Of a stretch of DNA of 24,036 bases, positions 15,113 through 24,013 are shown piece after piece. Origin of the DNA: a virus (lineage: Duplodnaviria > Caudoviricetes). How positions within the stretch are numbered: position 1 is the stretch's first letter; each line of letters opens with the position of its first letter. The stretch covers positions 1-24,036 of IMG/VR virus record IMGVR_UViG_3300005805_000491; one strand, written 5' to 3'. The position numbers and the translations under genes were made by a program. Below the pieces are notes generated by a model. It worked only from the letters and a program-made list of their open reading frames with translations. It was not told where the DNA came from and made no database searches.

Positions 15113-15435
15113 TCCGCCTCAGCCGTCGCTTCGTTCGTCAGGCCGGACAATTGGCAAATTTCCGTCGCGATGCGATCAATCACGGCGCCACTTTTTTTCA
15201 GCAACGCGTCCTGATGCGCAGGCTCAAAGATTGCCTTGCCCGACTCCGGTTCAAACGCGCAAGAAATCAGCAATCGCACCACGGCGAGCGCTGCGTTTTT
15301 GCGCGCATCCTCGCCAAACTTGACGCGCTGGCCGGCGTCCATTTCACGGATGCCGATCTTGATTTGCCATTCAGGTACGTCGATGACTTCCGTCTTCAGT
15401 TCGACCGACAAAATACGGTCAGCGATGCTTTGCAC
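15103..15435 (-). CDS. Tail assembly chaperone (gpG-like)
   Basis: 110 aa with IDVPEW...I.IREM and a terminal AEAEKN. TAAGGAG RBS. Located upstream of the TMP. Confidence 0.88.
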   Translation of the reverse strand: MQSIADRILSVELKTEVIDVPEWQIKIGIREMDAGQRVKFGEDARKNAALAVVRLLISCAFEPESGKAIFEPAHQDALLKKSGAVIDRIATEICQLSGLTNEATAEAEKN

Positions 15436-15444
15436 GTTTTCTCC

Positions 15445-16047
15445 TTACGAATTCAAATAATCGAGCACGCCATGTGTCGCAAACGACACATTTTCTTTGA
15501 TGGTTTCGTTTTCGCCAACATTAACGCCCATTGAGGTCATCTGAGCGCCGGCCATCCACTGGACTCCGCCGGAATAATCGGCGTAAAGCCGAATGACGTA
15601 GTAGCTGCCGATATTTGTGTGAAAGTATTGGTCATTGTAGAACCGCGAAAACGTCAGCGTAGCGTCGCGCTGCACGCACGCGCGCGCCTTCCAAGCGTCT
15701 CCAAAGACTTGAACTTCCTCAAGTACCGGCTGCACGTCTAGCGACCATTCATAGGCTTGGGCAGCCTTGGAGAGAGTCAAATACTGTCCGGTGATTGTGA
15801 TCGTTCCAGCCGGCGCCGCGGCTAAATAGACTTTGCCGGAACCATATGCGACCTGATAGCGACTCGACGGAATCGGCGTCGCACCGTCCAGGACAGTCAA
15901 ACTGGCGTTGGGATTGATAGCTCGCTTGGCGGTGTCCGTGATTTGATACACGTTGCCGCCAAGCGATGTGGTGGCCTCTCCGGTCATGGCAGTGCCGGTT
16001 CCGGTGGCGAGATAAATGTCTGCGTTGCGTCCAGCGAGAACTGCCAT
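15445..16047 (-). CDS. Tail-tube paralogue with inserted beta domain (minor tube or Dit-like protein)
   Basis: Aligns by eye with 16058..16438 (MAVLAG; W.LDV...LEE.Q.FGD.WK.R) apart from a ~75-aa insertion after residue 14. Confidence 0.75.
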   Translation of the reverse strand: MAVLAGRNADIYLATGTGTAMTGEATTSLGGNVYQITDTAKRAINPNASLTVLDGATPIPSSRYQVAYGSGKVYLAAAPAGTITITGQYLTLSKAAQAYEWSLDVQPVLEEVQVFGDAWKARACVQRDATLTFSRFYNDQYFHTNIGSYYVIRLYADYSGGVQWMAGAQMTSMGVNVGENETIKENVSFATHGVLDYLNS

Positions 16048-16057
16048 GATTTACTCC

Positions 16058-16438
16058 TTAGGTGTACGAAAGAGCGCCAGTGCCAGTGAACGTATACGAA
16101 ACGGTCACGAGGCCATTTTCAGAGGTGTTGATGGCAGCCTGAACAAACGCCGTGCCACTGTAATAATTGGTGCCATCAATGTAGAAGCGCGCAGAAACGG
16201 TCGTGCCGCCAAGAAACGCAGTATTCAGCGCCACGTGGCCATTGGTGTCAGTGTCGTCAAATCGCCCTGACGCCGTGCCGCTCCATTCTTTGATGGTCGC
16301 CGTGCGCTCCTTCCAGGTATCGCCAAAAGATTGCGTTTCTTCCAGCCCCGTCGAAACGTCAAGCGTCCAAGTATCAATTTCAGTGACCGTATTAGTCGCC
16401 AGTTTGAACGATCCAGCATTGCCTGCGAGAACAGCCAT
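16058..16438 (-). CDS. Major tail tube protein
   Basis: 126 aa, beta-rich. W.L.......E...FGD.WKE....IK.WSG.ASG.FD and YSG.A.V........GLVT.S.TF.G.G.L motifs. Strong RBS TAAGGAGG. Follows the tail terminator. Confidence 0.88.
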   Translation of the reverse strand: MAVLAGNAGSFKLATNTVTEIDTWTLDVSTGLEETQSFGDTWKERTATIKEWSGTASGRFDDTDTNGHVALNTAFLGGTTVSARFYIDGTNYYSGTAFVQAAINTSENGLVTVSYTFTGTGALSYT

Positions 16439-16447
16439 AGCTCCTCC

Positions 16448-16867
16448 TTAAACGTCGTGGATAAAGTCGAATTCAAGGACAGTCGCGTATAGCTTCTTGT
16501 CCGTTTCCAGCGCATCTTCGAACTCATTTCGTCGACCGTTTAGATGCGTGCTTTTTACAGTAAGACCGCTTGCCGAGGTAATCGCGGTTTGCTGGCCCAT
16601 AATCGCCGTGTATACTACATCGGCCAAATCGTCGGATGCCTTTGGGTTTCCCTGCGCCATGCAATACATTCCAACCGGCCGCCGCGTTGCGGTAGGGTTT
16701 GCGCCAATCGAATGGAATCGTTGATCGTCGATCATTTCGATTACGATTGCAGGGTAATCAGTAACGCGGCCCTGGTCGGCGTGCGCGTCATAGATTCGAG
16801 TGCCAACAAGCGCGGTCACTGTGGCCTTTGTTTGCAGGTATTTGTACAGCGCCTGATACAACCTCAT
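16448..16867 (-). CDS. Tail terminator / tail completion protein (DUF3168, gp17-like)
   Basis: ALY..L.....VTALVGTRIYD......YP.IV pattern, positioned just before the tube gene. Confidence 0.82.
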   Translation of the reverse strand: MRLYQALYKYLQTKATVTALVGTRIYDAHADQGRVTDYPAIVIEMIDDQRFHSIGANPTATRRPVGMYCMAQGNPKASDDLADVVYTAIMGQQTAITSASGLTVKSTHLNGRRNEFEDALETDKKLYATVLEFDFIHDV

Positions 16868-17403
16868 GCGGCCCTCGCAAGAGCATCAAATGCGGCCTTG
16901 ACGCGCATCTCAAGCAGCCTCTTCACAGCCAGCCGGCGAGCTTTAATGGCATCCGTAAAAAACGGATTAGGACGCGATCCTGGATGCTGAATCTTGGTCC
17001 GAACTTGATCGCCAACACGGCGCAGCCATGTAAAAGCGCGCGCCGCAATGCGCATTTTTTTGCCGGCGATCAAATGTGGCTTTGTCCCGAATTGAACCAA
17101 ATGAGCGTGCGGCGCCAAGCGCGATAGCGTAAACGTGAACGCCTGCAAAAACGTTTTATGTTTCCGGCCACCAGCAGCTTTGATTGATGCGCGCAAGCCG
17201 CCTGGCGCGATGCTTTTCCCGTGTTGGCGCGTGGCATAGGGTGCGATCGGAGCGCGCCGCAGCGCCTCCTGCTGAATCATTTCCGCGCCTTCCAAGAGCG
17301 CGGCTTGAACATCGGCGCCGGCAGCGGTGAATTTCAGTTTCTCGAAATGCTGCGTCAATTCAGCCATGCCTTCGACCTGAATATTCCTAACACGGCGAGC
17401 CAT
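16864..17403 (-). CDS. HK97 gp10-like tail completion protein
   Basis: Basic protein with VEG..EL...F..L, A...AP, G.LRASI, HLV.FGT.PH and HPG..P.PF motifs. Confidence 0.88.
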   Translation of the reverse strand: MARRVRNIQVEGMAELTQHFEKLKFTAAGADVQAALLEGAEMIQQEALRRAPIAPYATRQHGKSIAPGGLRASIKAAGGRKHKTFLQAFTFTLSRLAPHAHLVQFGTKPHLIAGKKMRIAARAFTWLRRVGDQVRTKIQHPGSRPNPFFTDAIKARRLAVKRLLEMRVKAAFDALARAA

Positions 17404-17744
17404 TAGATTATGACCTCCGTAGCCTGGAGTGTCAGCATTTCGTTTCGTTCGTCCGGATTGAGTATGGCGCGGATGTTGAAGTATCTAGTCGCGTCGGCGT
17501 TTTTCTTGTCGACGTACTTGATACGCATATCAGGAGCGAGCCCGGCCTTAAATCGCATCCGAATTGTATGCGTCAGATCGGCGATCGTCTGCTTTGCAGC
17601 AAAAAACTCGCGACCGTTGCCGGTTTCAATGGAGGCCCAGCACGTCAAAAACGTCGCCCAGGATTCAGTGCGATCTCCATTTGCGTCGACTGCGACGGTC
17701 TTATTTTCAACAATGATGGAATGACGAAGGTATCCAGCTCTCAC
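17403..17744 (-). CDS. Head closure / head-tail adaptor (SPP1 gp16-like)
   Basis: MRAG.LRH.I, W.T....WA.I....GREFFAA.Q, TH.IRMR, DMRI. GTG at 17744 is preferred (GGAGG 8 nt upstream, GTGA overlap). Confidence 0.9.
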   Translation of the reverse strand: MRAGYLRHSIIVENKTVAVDANGDRTESWATFLTCWASIETGNGREFFAAKQTIADLTHTIRMRFKAGLAPDMRIKYVDKKNADATRYFNIRAILNPDERNEMLTLQATEVII

Positions 17745-18331
17745 AGCCATACCCTCCACGGTGCAATCAATGCCGAAACAGCAAATGGCAATTCAGACTC
17801 ATCCACGGCCGCGGTCGTGCCAAGAGCAACGGCTTCGCGATGTTCGTAGAAATGCGCCGCTAGCATCTTGATAGCCTGCTTGATTTGATTAGGTACGGCT
17901 TGCGCATTCGTATATCCAACCACGAACTGAATTTCAATCGGGTCGGTATACCGCAGAGTCTCGGTCGGCCAATCCTTCGAATACTCAAGAATGATCTGCC
18001 CAGGAATGCGAGCGGTAGACACGCCATAATTCGAGCTGGCGAACGTGTGCTGAACATTGTCGGTGGTCGTGTATTTGATATGCGTCACGCTAACGAGAGG
18101 CGCATATGGAACAGAAATGACGCCACCGGCCGGAAACTCATCCAAAAACATCTTCCACGTCTGCGACAAAAAGCGACGATTTGAAATCACCTCCAGATGG
18201 TCGACTGCCGCATGGATGTACGGTTCAAGCTGTGCCGTCGGTTGACCAATCGCGCGCGCGTGGTCCTCGAGGTCAGTCTCGTCAATCGGCCATCCATTCG
18301 GGCCAGTCACCAACTGGAGGTGAAGTTCCAT
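17741..18331 (-). CDS. Head-tail connector (HK97 gp6 / phiE125 gp8-like)
   Basis: YI.AA...LE....R.F.SQTW...LD.FP and GY.....VP..IKQAI.ML.AHFYE.REA motifs. Confidence 0.9.
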   Translation of the reverse strand: MELHLQLVTGPNGWPIDETDLEDHARAIGQPTAQLEPYIHAAVDHLEVISNRRFLSQTWKMFLDEFPAGGVISVPYAPLVSVTHIKYTTTDNVQHTFASSNYGVSTARIPGQIILEYSKDWPTETLRYTDPIEIQFVVGYTNAQAVPNQIKQAIKMLAAHFYEHREAVALGTTAAVDESELPFAVSALIAPWRVWL

Positions 18332-18341
18332 TTATGCTGCC

Positions 18342-18818
18342 TTAGTCGATTTCGGTCGCCGTCGTCGAGCCACCGAACCGCGGTTCAGCCAGCGCGATAG
18401 CGATTCCGCCCAGAACCGGCGAATCAACGACTTCGACGGCCTTGAGGCGAACGTACTTGTAACCAGTCGACGCCAGTTCCTGGCCGTCAACCTGCACGAC
18501 GTAAATCTGCGAGCTACCGGCCGTGGTCGTAAAACCAGCGGCGGCCCGCGCAGTCATATCGCCTTGCGTGTCGTTGGACGTGATCGACTTGCTGTAGAAC
18601 GGGACAGCAGTGGAATTCGTCGGCGTCACGTCGTCACAGGCTTCAACCGTGATCGTCGACGTGCCGGTCGTGCCAACGCCCTTGTAAATGACAAACACAG
18701 CCGAGCCATGATTGCTCATGTCGACGATGTCGGTCGTAACGGTGCCAGCGAAAGCGTCGGCCACCGGATCAATGCCTTTCACAAAGTGAAGGTTTTTCAG
18801 AAGTTCATAGCGAACCAT
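18342..18818 (-). CDS. Putative capsid decoration/cement protein
   Basis: 158-aa beta-rich protein immediately after the capsid gene (IVDMS......FVI..G, ITVEACDD, GYKYVRL). ATG at 18818 with an AAAGGA RBS. Confidence 0.65.
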   Translation of the reverse strand: MVRYELLKNLHFVKGIDPVADAFAGTVTTDIVDMSNHGSAVFVIYKGVGTTGTSTITVEACDDVTPTNSTAVPFYSKSITSNDTQGDMTARAAAGFTTTAGSSQIYVVQVDGQELASTGYKYVRLKAVEVVDSPVLGGIAIALAEPRFGGSTTATEID

Positions 18819-18836
18819 ATGTTTTCCTTTCTGCTT

Positions 18837-18873
18837 GCGGGCAACCATCCGGAATTACCGGACAGTTGCCCGC
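18837..18873 (-). promoter_or_regulatory. Strong intergenic RNA hairpin after the capsid gene (no U-tract)
   Basis: GCGGGCAACTGTCCGG-taatt-CCGGATGGTTGCCCGC: a 16-bp stem with two G-U pairs on the minus-strand transcript. Confidence 0.7.
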
Positions 18874-18883
18874 TCCGGTGTTG

Positions 18884-20191
18884 TTAGGCGCGGGCCGCAG
18901 TCGTCACGAACGGCGACAGCGTATTGGAACCCTTGAACGGGGTGATCGGCTGCTTGACCGCGCTCTGACCATTGACCGAATAACCCCACTTAAACGTCAT
19001 CTCGTCGTAGATGAACCGCACGTGCATCGACTGAGCCGAGCGAAGGCCGCCCTGCGTAATCGTGACGTACTTGCTCATATTGGCAAGGACAACGTCGCCA
19101 GCGTCGCCGAGCGTTTCCGCCTGCTCGACGATGACGATAGGATAGCCAAACAGCGTGCCGTAGTACGGCGCGCCGGCGGCATTGTTGTTAGGCAGGAAAA
19201 CCGGCTGCTGGCCAACGGTCATCAGCGGGAACTGGCCGATGGTGTCAGGATTCGCGAGCCACACAATCCGATCGCCAGGATCACGCAGCAGGCGGGAGAG
19301 CATCGCCGTGGCGTTTTCGATGACGAACGTATCGGCGGCCTGGCCGGTCTTTTTGGCAACTTCGACCTGCAACTTCGCGCCAAAGTTCTGTACGCTGAAA
19401 CCAAGCGGCATGCCGACGCCGGTGCCGCGGAAAACGGCATCGTCGAGCTTGAACGCCATCTCGCTAGCAAAAGCGTTTTCGAACACAGCGGCCATCGCCG
19501 GCGCATTCCGCAGAAGGCGCTCCGTCGCATATGCCAGACCCTTCAGCTCTTCGAGCCGCAGTTCATGACGGGCCAGCTTCGGCTTGGTCGACGTCGGAGC
19601 GTCGGCCTCAGAGGACCAGTAGCAGCGAACGCCGCCCCAACGGGAGCCATCGACACGGGAAGTCTCGTCAATGTACGGGATCTCGACGCTGTCGTTTCCT
19701 TCGCCGATCGGGATTTCATTGCACAGCGGGAAAATCTTCGCCGTCTCGCGAGCCTTGGCAAGTAGCGCGGTCGAAAACTCCGTACCGATCGCAAAACCGC
19801 CATCCGCAGGGACCGTCGCCGAGGCACCGGACGCAGCGAGCGACTGCTCAAAAAGGCGCTTGTCAATCTGGCCGCCCAGGCCGTGGAAAGCACCAAGCGG
19901 AGACTGCGCATAGGCGATCGCGGCAAGCTGTTCGCCAACATTCGCAAACGGCCGCTTCGCTTCATTGTCCGAAGTCACCCGCGCAGGTTCGCGAGTCACG
20001 TTGGCTTTGGCTTTGGCTTCGAGAGCTTCGACGGCGGCCAGCTGCTGGCGCGCCGAGTCCAGCTCGGCCTCTTTCGCGTCCACCGCCGCAAGATGCGCGA
20101 CGGGGTCGGCCGCCGCGGGCGCGGCGGTCAGAATAGCGCTGTACTCAACTTCCAGCGCGGAGACGGTAGACATCAGTTCACGTTTCGTCAT
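18884..20191 (-). CDS. Major capsid protein, HK97 fold, with N-terminal scaffolding (delta) region
   Basis: 435 aa. Helical N-terminus, DGGFAI, GV..YW..EA...T.TKP, G.G.G.PLG and GTLFGYPI motifs. Confidence 0.95.
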   Translation of the reverse strand: MTKRELMSTVSALEVEYSAILTAAPAAADPVAHLAAVDAKEAELDSARQQLAAVEALEAKAKANVTREPARVTSDNEAKRPFANVGEQLAAIAYAQSPLGAFHGLGGQIDKRLFEQSLAASGASATVPADGGFAIGTEFSTALLAKARETAKIFPLCNEIPIGEGNDSVEIPYIDETSRVDGSRWGGVRCYWSSEADAPTSTKPKLARHELRLEELKGLAYATERLLRNAPAMAAVFENAFASEMAFKLDDAVFRGTGVGMPLGFSVQNFGAKLQVEVAKKTGQAADTFVIENATAMLSRLLRDPGDRIVWLANPDTIGQFPLMTVGQQPVFLPNNNAAGAPYYGTLFGYPIVIVEQAETLGDAGDVVLANMSKYVTITQGGLRSAQSMHVRFIYDEMTFKWGYSVNGQSAVKQPITPFKGSNTLSPFVTTAARA

Positions 20192-20208
20192 GGTGTCTGC
20201 CCCTTTCG

Positions 20209-20856
20209 TTATTTGCCAAGCACGCGCAGGCGTCGTTGCTTCAACGCCAACTTGTACTTAGCCATTTGCTCGTCCGCGCTGCCCGCGGCCGTCAAACTTT
20301 GCAAAATCTTGGCGCCCGGATCGGCGCCGATCGGCACGATGCTGATTTCGTATGGCTTCCACTTGCGAGCCAAATATTCCTTAATCTCAGCGCCAGGCCG
20401 CGATTCAATTACCAACTCGCCAATTTGAACGCCCATCGAAACGCTGCGCAGAATTCCGTCCTCGATGTCCTGCCAAATACCGTTGACATCTGCTCGATTG
20501 GAAAAGCGCAGAGTTGCGCGGAATCCGTCCTCGGCCCTCCGAGCATTTTCTACGATGCCGAGAACATATTCGCTTTCGTCCAGCTTGTGACCGTCAAGAA
20601 CCGGAGCGCTGCCGGCCTGCAATGTCAAAAGATCGGCGGAATCCATATCGAATCTCAACCGCCAAGACTCTCCAGACCAAAAATCAAACCGATCAACGGT
20701 CGCTCCGCTATAAAACAGCACCTCTCGCCGCCGCGGTTTAGTCTGCCGCTTTTCCTCGCCGTTATCGTCATCCTCGTCGGGCATGACGGGATCAATGGGC
20801 AAAATCTCAGCTTGCAGACGGTAGCCGTCGCGTTTGATTTGATCTTCGAGCTTCAT
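20209..20856 (-). CDS. Prohead maturation serine protease
   Basis: APVLDGH, LG.VE, A.LRFS, DI.DGILRSVSMG and W.PYEISIVPIGADPGA motifs. Located between portal and capsid. Confidence 0.92.
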   Translation of the reverse strand: MKLEDQIKRDGYRLQAEILPIDPVMPDEDDDNGEEKRQTKPRRREVLFYSGATVDRFDFWSGESWRLRFDMDSADLLTLQAGSAPVLDGHKLDESEYVLGIVENARRAEDGFRATLRFSNRADVNGIWQDIEDGILRSVSMGVQIGELVIESRPGAEIKEYLARKWKPYEISIVPIGADPGAKILQSLTAAGSADEQMAKYKLALKQRRLRVLGK

Positions 20857-22043
20857 CGCTGAAATACCCCCGCTTGATCTACTGGCACCATCGCGCCTTG
20901 CACAAGATACGATTCGCCACCGGCGTAAGGGTTCATGTTTTCCTTGGCGCGGATTTCATTGGCGCTCAAAACGCCGATATTGCGCATCGACGAATAGAAT
21001 GTGGCTCGACTGGCCGCATCGCCGCGCAGCAGCGCGTCCATGTTAAATTCGGCGTAATAACTGGCGGCCTCGCGCGGGCCAAAGAGTTGCATGTTGATTC
21101 GTTTTTCCAGTCGCGTCAACCAAGGGCGAATCGTATGTGTCGCGAAGTCAATTCCCTGGTGTTCAATGTTGTTATTGGTCGAGCGCGTCAGATCCTGAAT
21201 CATGTGCGGCGGCACGCGGAAAATAGAGCAAATGTCGGCTTTCTGATATTGCCTCAACTCCAGAAACTGCATGTCGCGGTGATTGATTGCTACCGTTTTG
21301 ATTTCCGCGCCTTGCTCAAGCACGCCGATTTTGCCAGCGTTTTTCACGCCGCCAAAGTTGTCCAGCAGCCATGTCTGCAAATTCTTGCGAGCTTCGTTGC
21401 TCAACGCCTGCGGCACCGTCATGTACGACGGCGGAGTTGCGTTATTTTTGAAAAAATTGCTGCCGTAGCTTTCGGCGTCCTGGGTCATACCAAGACTTTG
21501 TGCCATGTAGGAAACAGGCGAATAGCCGATCAGATTGTCTTCGCCATCGTAGCCGAGGCCGGGAACGTGCAAGATGTCGGAAGCGGTGTAAACCTCTCCT
21601 CCGTACGTATAAACCAGCACGCCTGTTTCCGGATCGCGGGTCACTCGCATTGAGTTCGACGACAGCGGAATCAATCTGGTCACATCGCCGCGCTGATTGG
21701 TCACGATGCGCGCGTAGAAATTGCCCTGTAGGCAAAGCGATTTAGCGGCCAGTTCCCAAAATTCGAACGAGGACATGTCCGGATTCGGCGAATCGTGCAG
21801 CAAATAATACAGCGCGTGATTTCGGTCCAATTCGCGGCCGTCGCGCGTTCTACGATAAACGCCGATCGGAAGACTGCCGATGGTTTCGGCGATCACACGA
21901 ACGCAGGCCCAGACGGCCGTGATCCGCATAGCGGAATCCGCGGAGACGTAATACTTCGAGCCACTGACAGGCCGATACCAGAAATCGTTATCTGGAGGCG
22001 GCGTGGCGCCGAGCGTAAGCATTAATCTTCCGAATTTGTTCAT
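20853..22043 (-). CDS. Portal protein, HK97 family
   Basis: AVWACVRVIAETIGSLP, LL...PN..MS.FEF, GNFYA, G.SP, FF.N.A.P, D.QFLE.R, IC.IFRVPPHMI, LLRGD, NEIRA.EN. Confidence 0.97.
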   Translation of the reverse strand: MNKFGRLMLTLGATPPPDNDFWYRPVSGSKYYVSADSAMRITAVWACVRVIAETIGSLPIGVYRRTRDGRELDRNHALYYLLHDSPNPDMSSFEFWELAAKSLCLQGNFYARIVTNQRGDVTRLIPLSSNSMRVTRDPETGVLVYTYGGEVYTASDILHVPGLGYDGEDNLIGYSPVSYMAQSLGMTQDAESYGSNFFKNNATPPSYMTVPQALSNEARKNLQTWLLDNFGGVKNAGKIGVLEQGAEIKTVAINHRDMQFLELRQYQKADICSIFRVPPHMIQDLTRSTNNNIEHQGIDFATHTIRPWLTRLEKRINMQLFGPREAASYYAEFNMDALLRGDAASRATFYSSMRNIGVLSANEIRAKENMNPYAGGESYLVQGAMVPVDQAGVFQR

Positions 22044-22044
22044 G

Positions 22045-23625
22045 TCACCAGCCGATCGTGATCGGCATCATTTCCTCATATACCGATCTTTGCACATTCT
22101 GATTTTCCACACAAATTCCGGTAGCCATTACGCAGGCAATCACCAAATCGTTTCGCGTCGAATCGCGGCGCCGGTCCGGATGAATCGGCTTAATGTTTCC
22201 AGCCGGATCGCTGGAAATTTCGCAGCATTCGATATTCCACCGCAAAACTGGCGATCCTTCATGGACCAGTTTTTTCTCGTGGATAAGCTGTTCAAATCGT
22301 TTTGCGGCCGGCGACATAGTCGCATAGCCTTGGCCAAATTCCAACACTTTCAGGCCATGATTTTGCAGTTCCTGCGCGGTGTCCCGCGCGCCCCATCGGT
22401 CGTAGGCGATTCCCTGAATATTGAACTGCTCTGCCAATTGTTTGATGTGTTCGACCACGAATCGCCAGTCCGTTGTATTGCCTGGCGTCAGTACGACGTG
22501 TCCCTGTTTCGCCCAAATGTCGTATCGCACGCCATCCGTCAGTGATTTTTCCTGAAGTGCCGATTCTGGCAAAAATGCCCATGACCGGTAATAAATCTTG
22601 TCGTCAATCGGCCAGCAAAGCGCAAACGCCGTCAAATCGCGCACCGCGGCCAAATCGAGGCCTCCGTAGCACGGCACGCCCGTCAAATCTGGCAGCTGGC
22701 CAGCGCAATCGTCCCAGGCGCGCAACGGTATCCATGCAGTATTGGCCGAGGTCCATTGATTTAGGTACAGCCGGCGAAACGTGTTCTGCCGCTCAGGCCG
22801 CACCAAAGCTTGGCGGAATTCTTCGTCGTAATCCGTTAGCTCATGCAGAATACCGAGCGTTGGAAGAGCCATCGGCCACATTGACTGATCGGTCCAATCG
22901 GCGTCGATTGGAACTTCGTAAATCAGCGGGAAATAGCTGTCGTCTTGAATTTCCCCATCAAGCACGCGCTTCGCGTATTTGTACTCGCGATAGCAAATGC
23001 TTTCCTGATTGCTGCCGGCCGTCGTAATTGTTACCCACAACGGGTTGCGACGGGATTTGCTGCCAGTCGTCAGCGCGTCGTACAGTTCCTGTTCTGCGGC
23101 GCCCCACGCGTGCAGCTCGTCAAAAACGACGAGCGATGGATTGTAACCGTGTTTTCCGGCGCCGTCGCTTGATAGCGCGCGAATAATGCTTCCGGTTTCA
23201 TTATGCCGAATCAGTTTTCGTGATTCCGTTATCGTGACAAGCGACGACAGTTCATCATGTGCGCGGATCATGTCGGCTACAGCGTCGAAACAGATGCTGG
23301 CCTGGTCGCGATCTTTTGCGGCCATGTAGATTTCCTGTTGAAGCTCAGGCGACAGAAAAAACTCGGCACAGACCAGCGCGGCGACGGTTTGCGTTTTCGC
23401 CTGCTTGCGTCCCATTGAGCAATACGCTTTGCGGTACAGTCGCCGGCCGTCGCCGCGTTTCCAGCCCAGCAGGTTAGCAATCAGCTTTCGCGAGTGCGGC
23501 AGCAGCTCAAATGGCTCTGGCTGGCCGCTGCGTGTCGCCTTGGTGAGCGTCAACGTGCCAATCAATGCCTCTGCTAATGCAACTGCATCGGCGTCGAAAA
23601 AAATATCAGCTCTGTTTGCGCGCAA
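22045..23625 (-). CDS. terL: Terminase large subunit (HK97-like)
   Basis: Walker A GRKQAKT, Walker B VVFDELH, coupling motif ITTAG, nuclease CYGGLDLA, YDRW, FGQG. The start is uncertain: TTG at 23625 or GTG at 23688. Confidence 0.96.
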   Translation of the reverse strand: MRANRADIFFDADAVALAEALIGTLTLTKATRSGQPEPFELLPHSRKLIANLLGWKRGDGRRLYRKAYCSMGRKQAKTQTVAALVCAEFFLSPELQQEIYMAAKDRDQASICFDAVADMIRAHDELSSLVTITESRKLIRHNETGSIIRALSSDGAGKHGYNPSLVVFDELHAWGAAEQELYDALTTGSKSRRNPLWVTITTAGSNQESICYREYKYAKRVLDGEIQDDSYFPLIYEVPIDADWTDQSMWPMALPTLGILHELTDYDEEFRQALVRPERQNTFRRLYLNQWTSANTAWIPLRAWDDCAGQLPDLTGVPCYGGLDLAAVRDLTAFALCWPIDDKIYYRSWAFLPESALQEKSLTDGVRYDIWAKQGHVVLTPGNTTDWRFVVEHIKQLAEQFNIQGIAYDRWGARDTAQELQNHGLKVLEFGQGYATMSPAAKRFEQLIHEKKLVHEGSPVLRWNIECCEISSDPAGNIKPIHPDRRRDSTRNDLVIACVMATGICVENQNVQRSVYEEMMPITIGW

Positions 23626-24013
23626 GTTCCAAAACCTTAGCCGTGATCGACTTGGCGGATGGTTTTTTGAGGTCGCGTATGCCGGCACGCGCTCTATTCC
23701 GAGGCCCCATATTCAATTGCGATCGAAGCTCATCTATCTGCCGGCCAAATGCCATCCATTCACGATGATCGTCACTCTGGCGCCGACGAAGTATCGCCTC
23801 AGCGAGATCTGCATACTGGTCAGCGTCAATTGATCGGATGGAAACGCCTGCGGCGCGGTTTTGCTCGACCAATCTGGCAAATTCTTTTTTGCCAGCGCGC
23901 GATAAATGCGCCGGGGCTTCGATCGCTTCTTGTATCGGTTCGCAGACCACGCCGCCATTTTCGGCAATGCCGCGCTCGCTATCCGGTCGACGTTGTGGTC
24001 CTCTCATTCCCAT
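23606..24013 (-). CDS. terS: Terminase small subunit (P27-like)
   Basis: MG.RGP...P start, AP.HLS..GKKEF, and a L.M.P..RAR terminal motif. Directly upstream of terL. Confidence 0.85.
   Translation of the reverse strand: MGMRGPQRRPDSERGIAENGGVVCEPIQEAIEAPAHLSRAGKKEFARLVEQNRAAGVSIRSIDADQYADLAEAILRRRQSDDHREWMAFGRQIDELRSQLNMGPRNRARAGIRDLKKPSAKSITAKVLELARKQS

Noticed and set aside
15072-15113. Plus-strand intrinsic terminator (hairpin then T7)
   Set aside because: The T-run is separated from the stem by about 7 nt, and the element is fully explained as the minus-strand frameshift signal.
18866-21653. Long plus-strand ORFs (for example 18866..19765, 20236..20862, 20874..21653) and similar ones across the window
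   Set aside because: They are antisense shadows of well-supported minus-strand genes in GC-rich DNA, with no recognisable motifs or RBS.
23873-23894. Inverted repeat CTGGCAAA...TTTGCCAG inside terS
   Set aside because: An 8-bp stem in coding sequence with no supporting context; compatible with chance.
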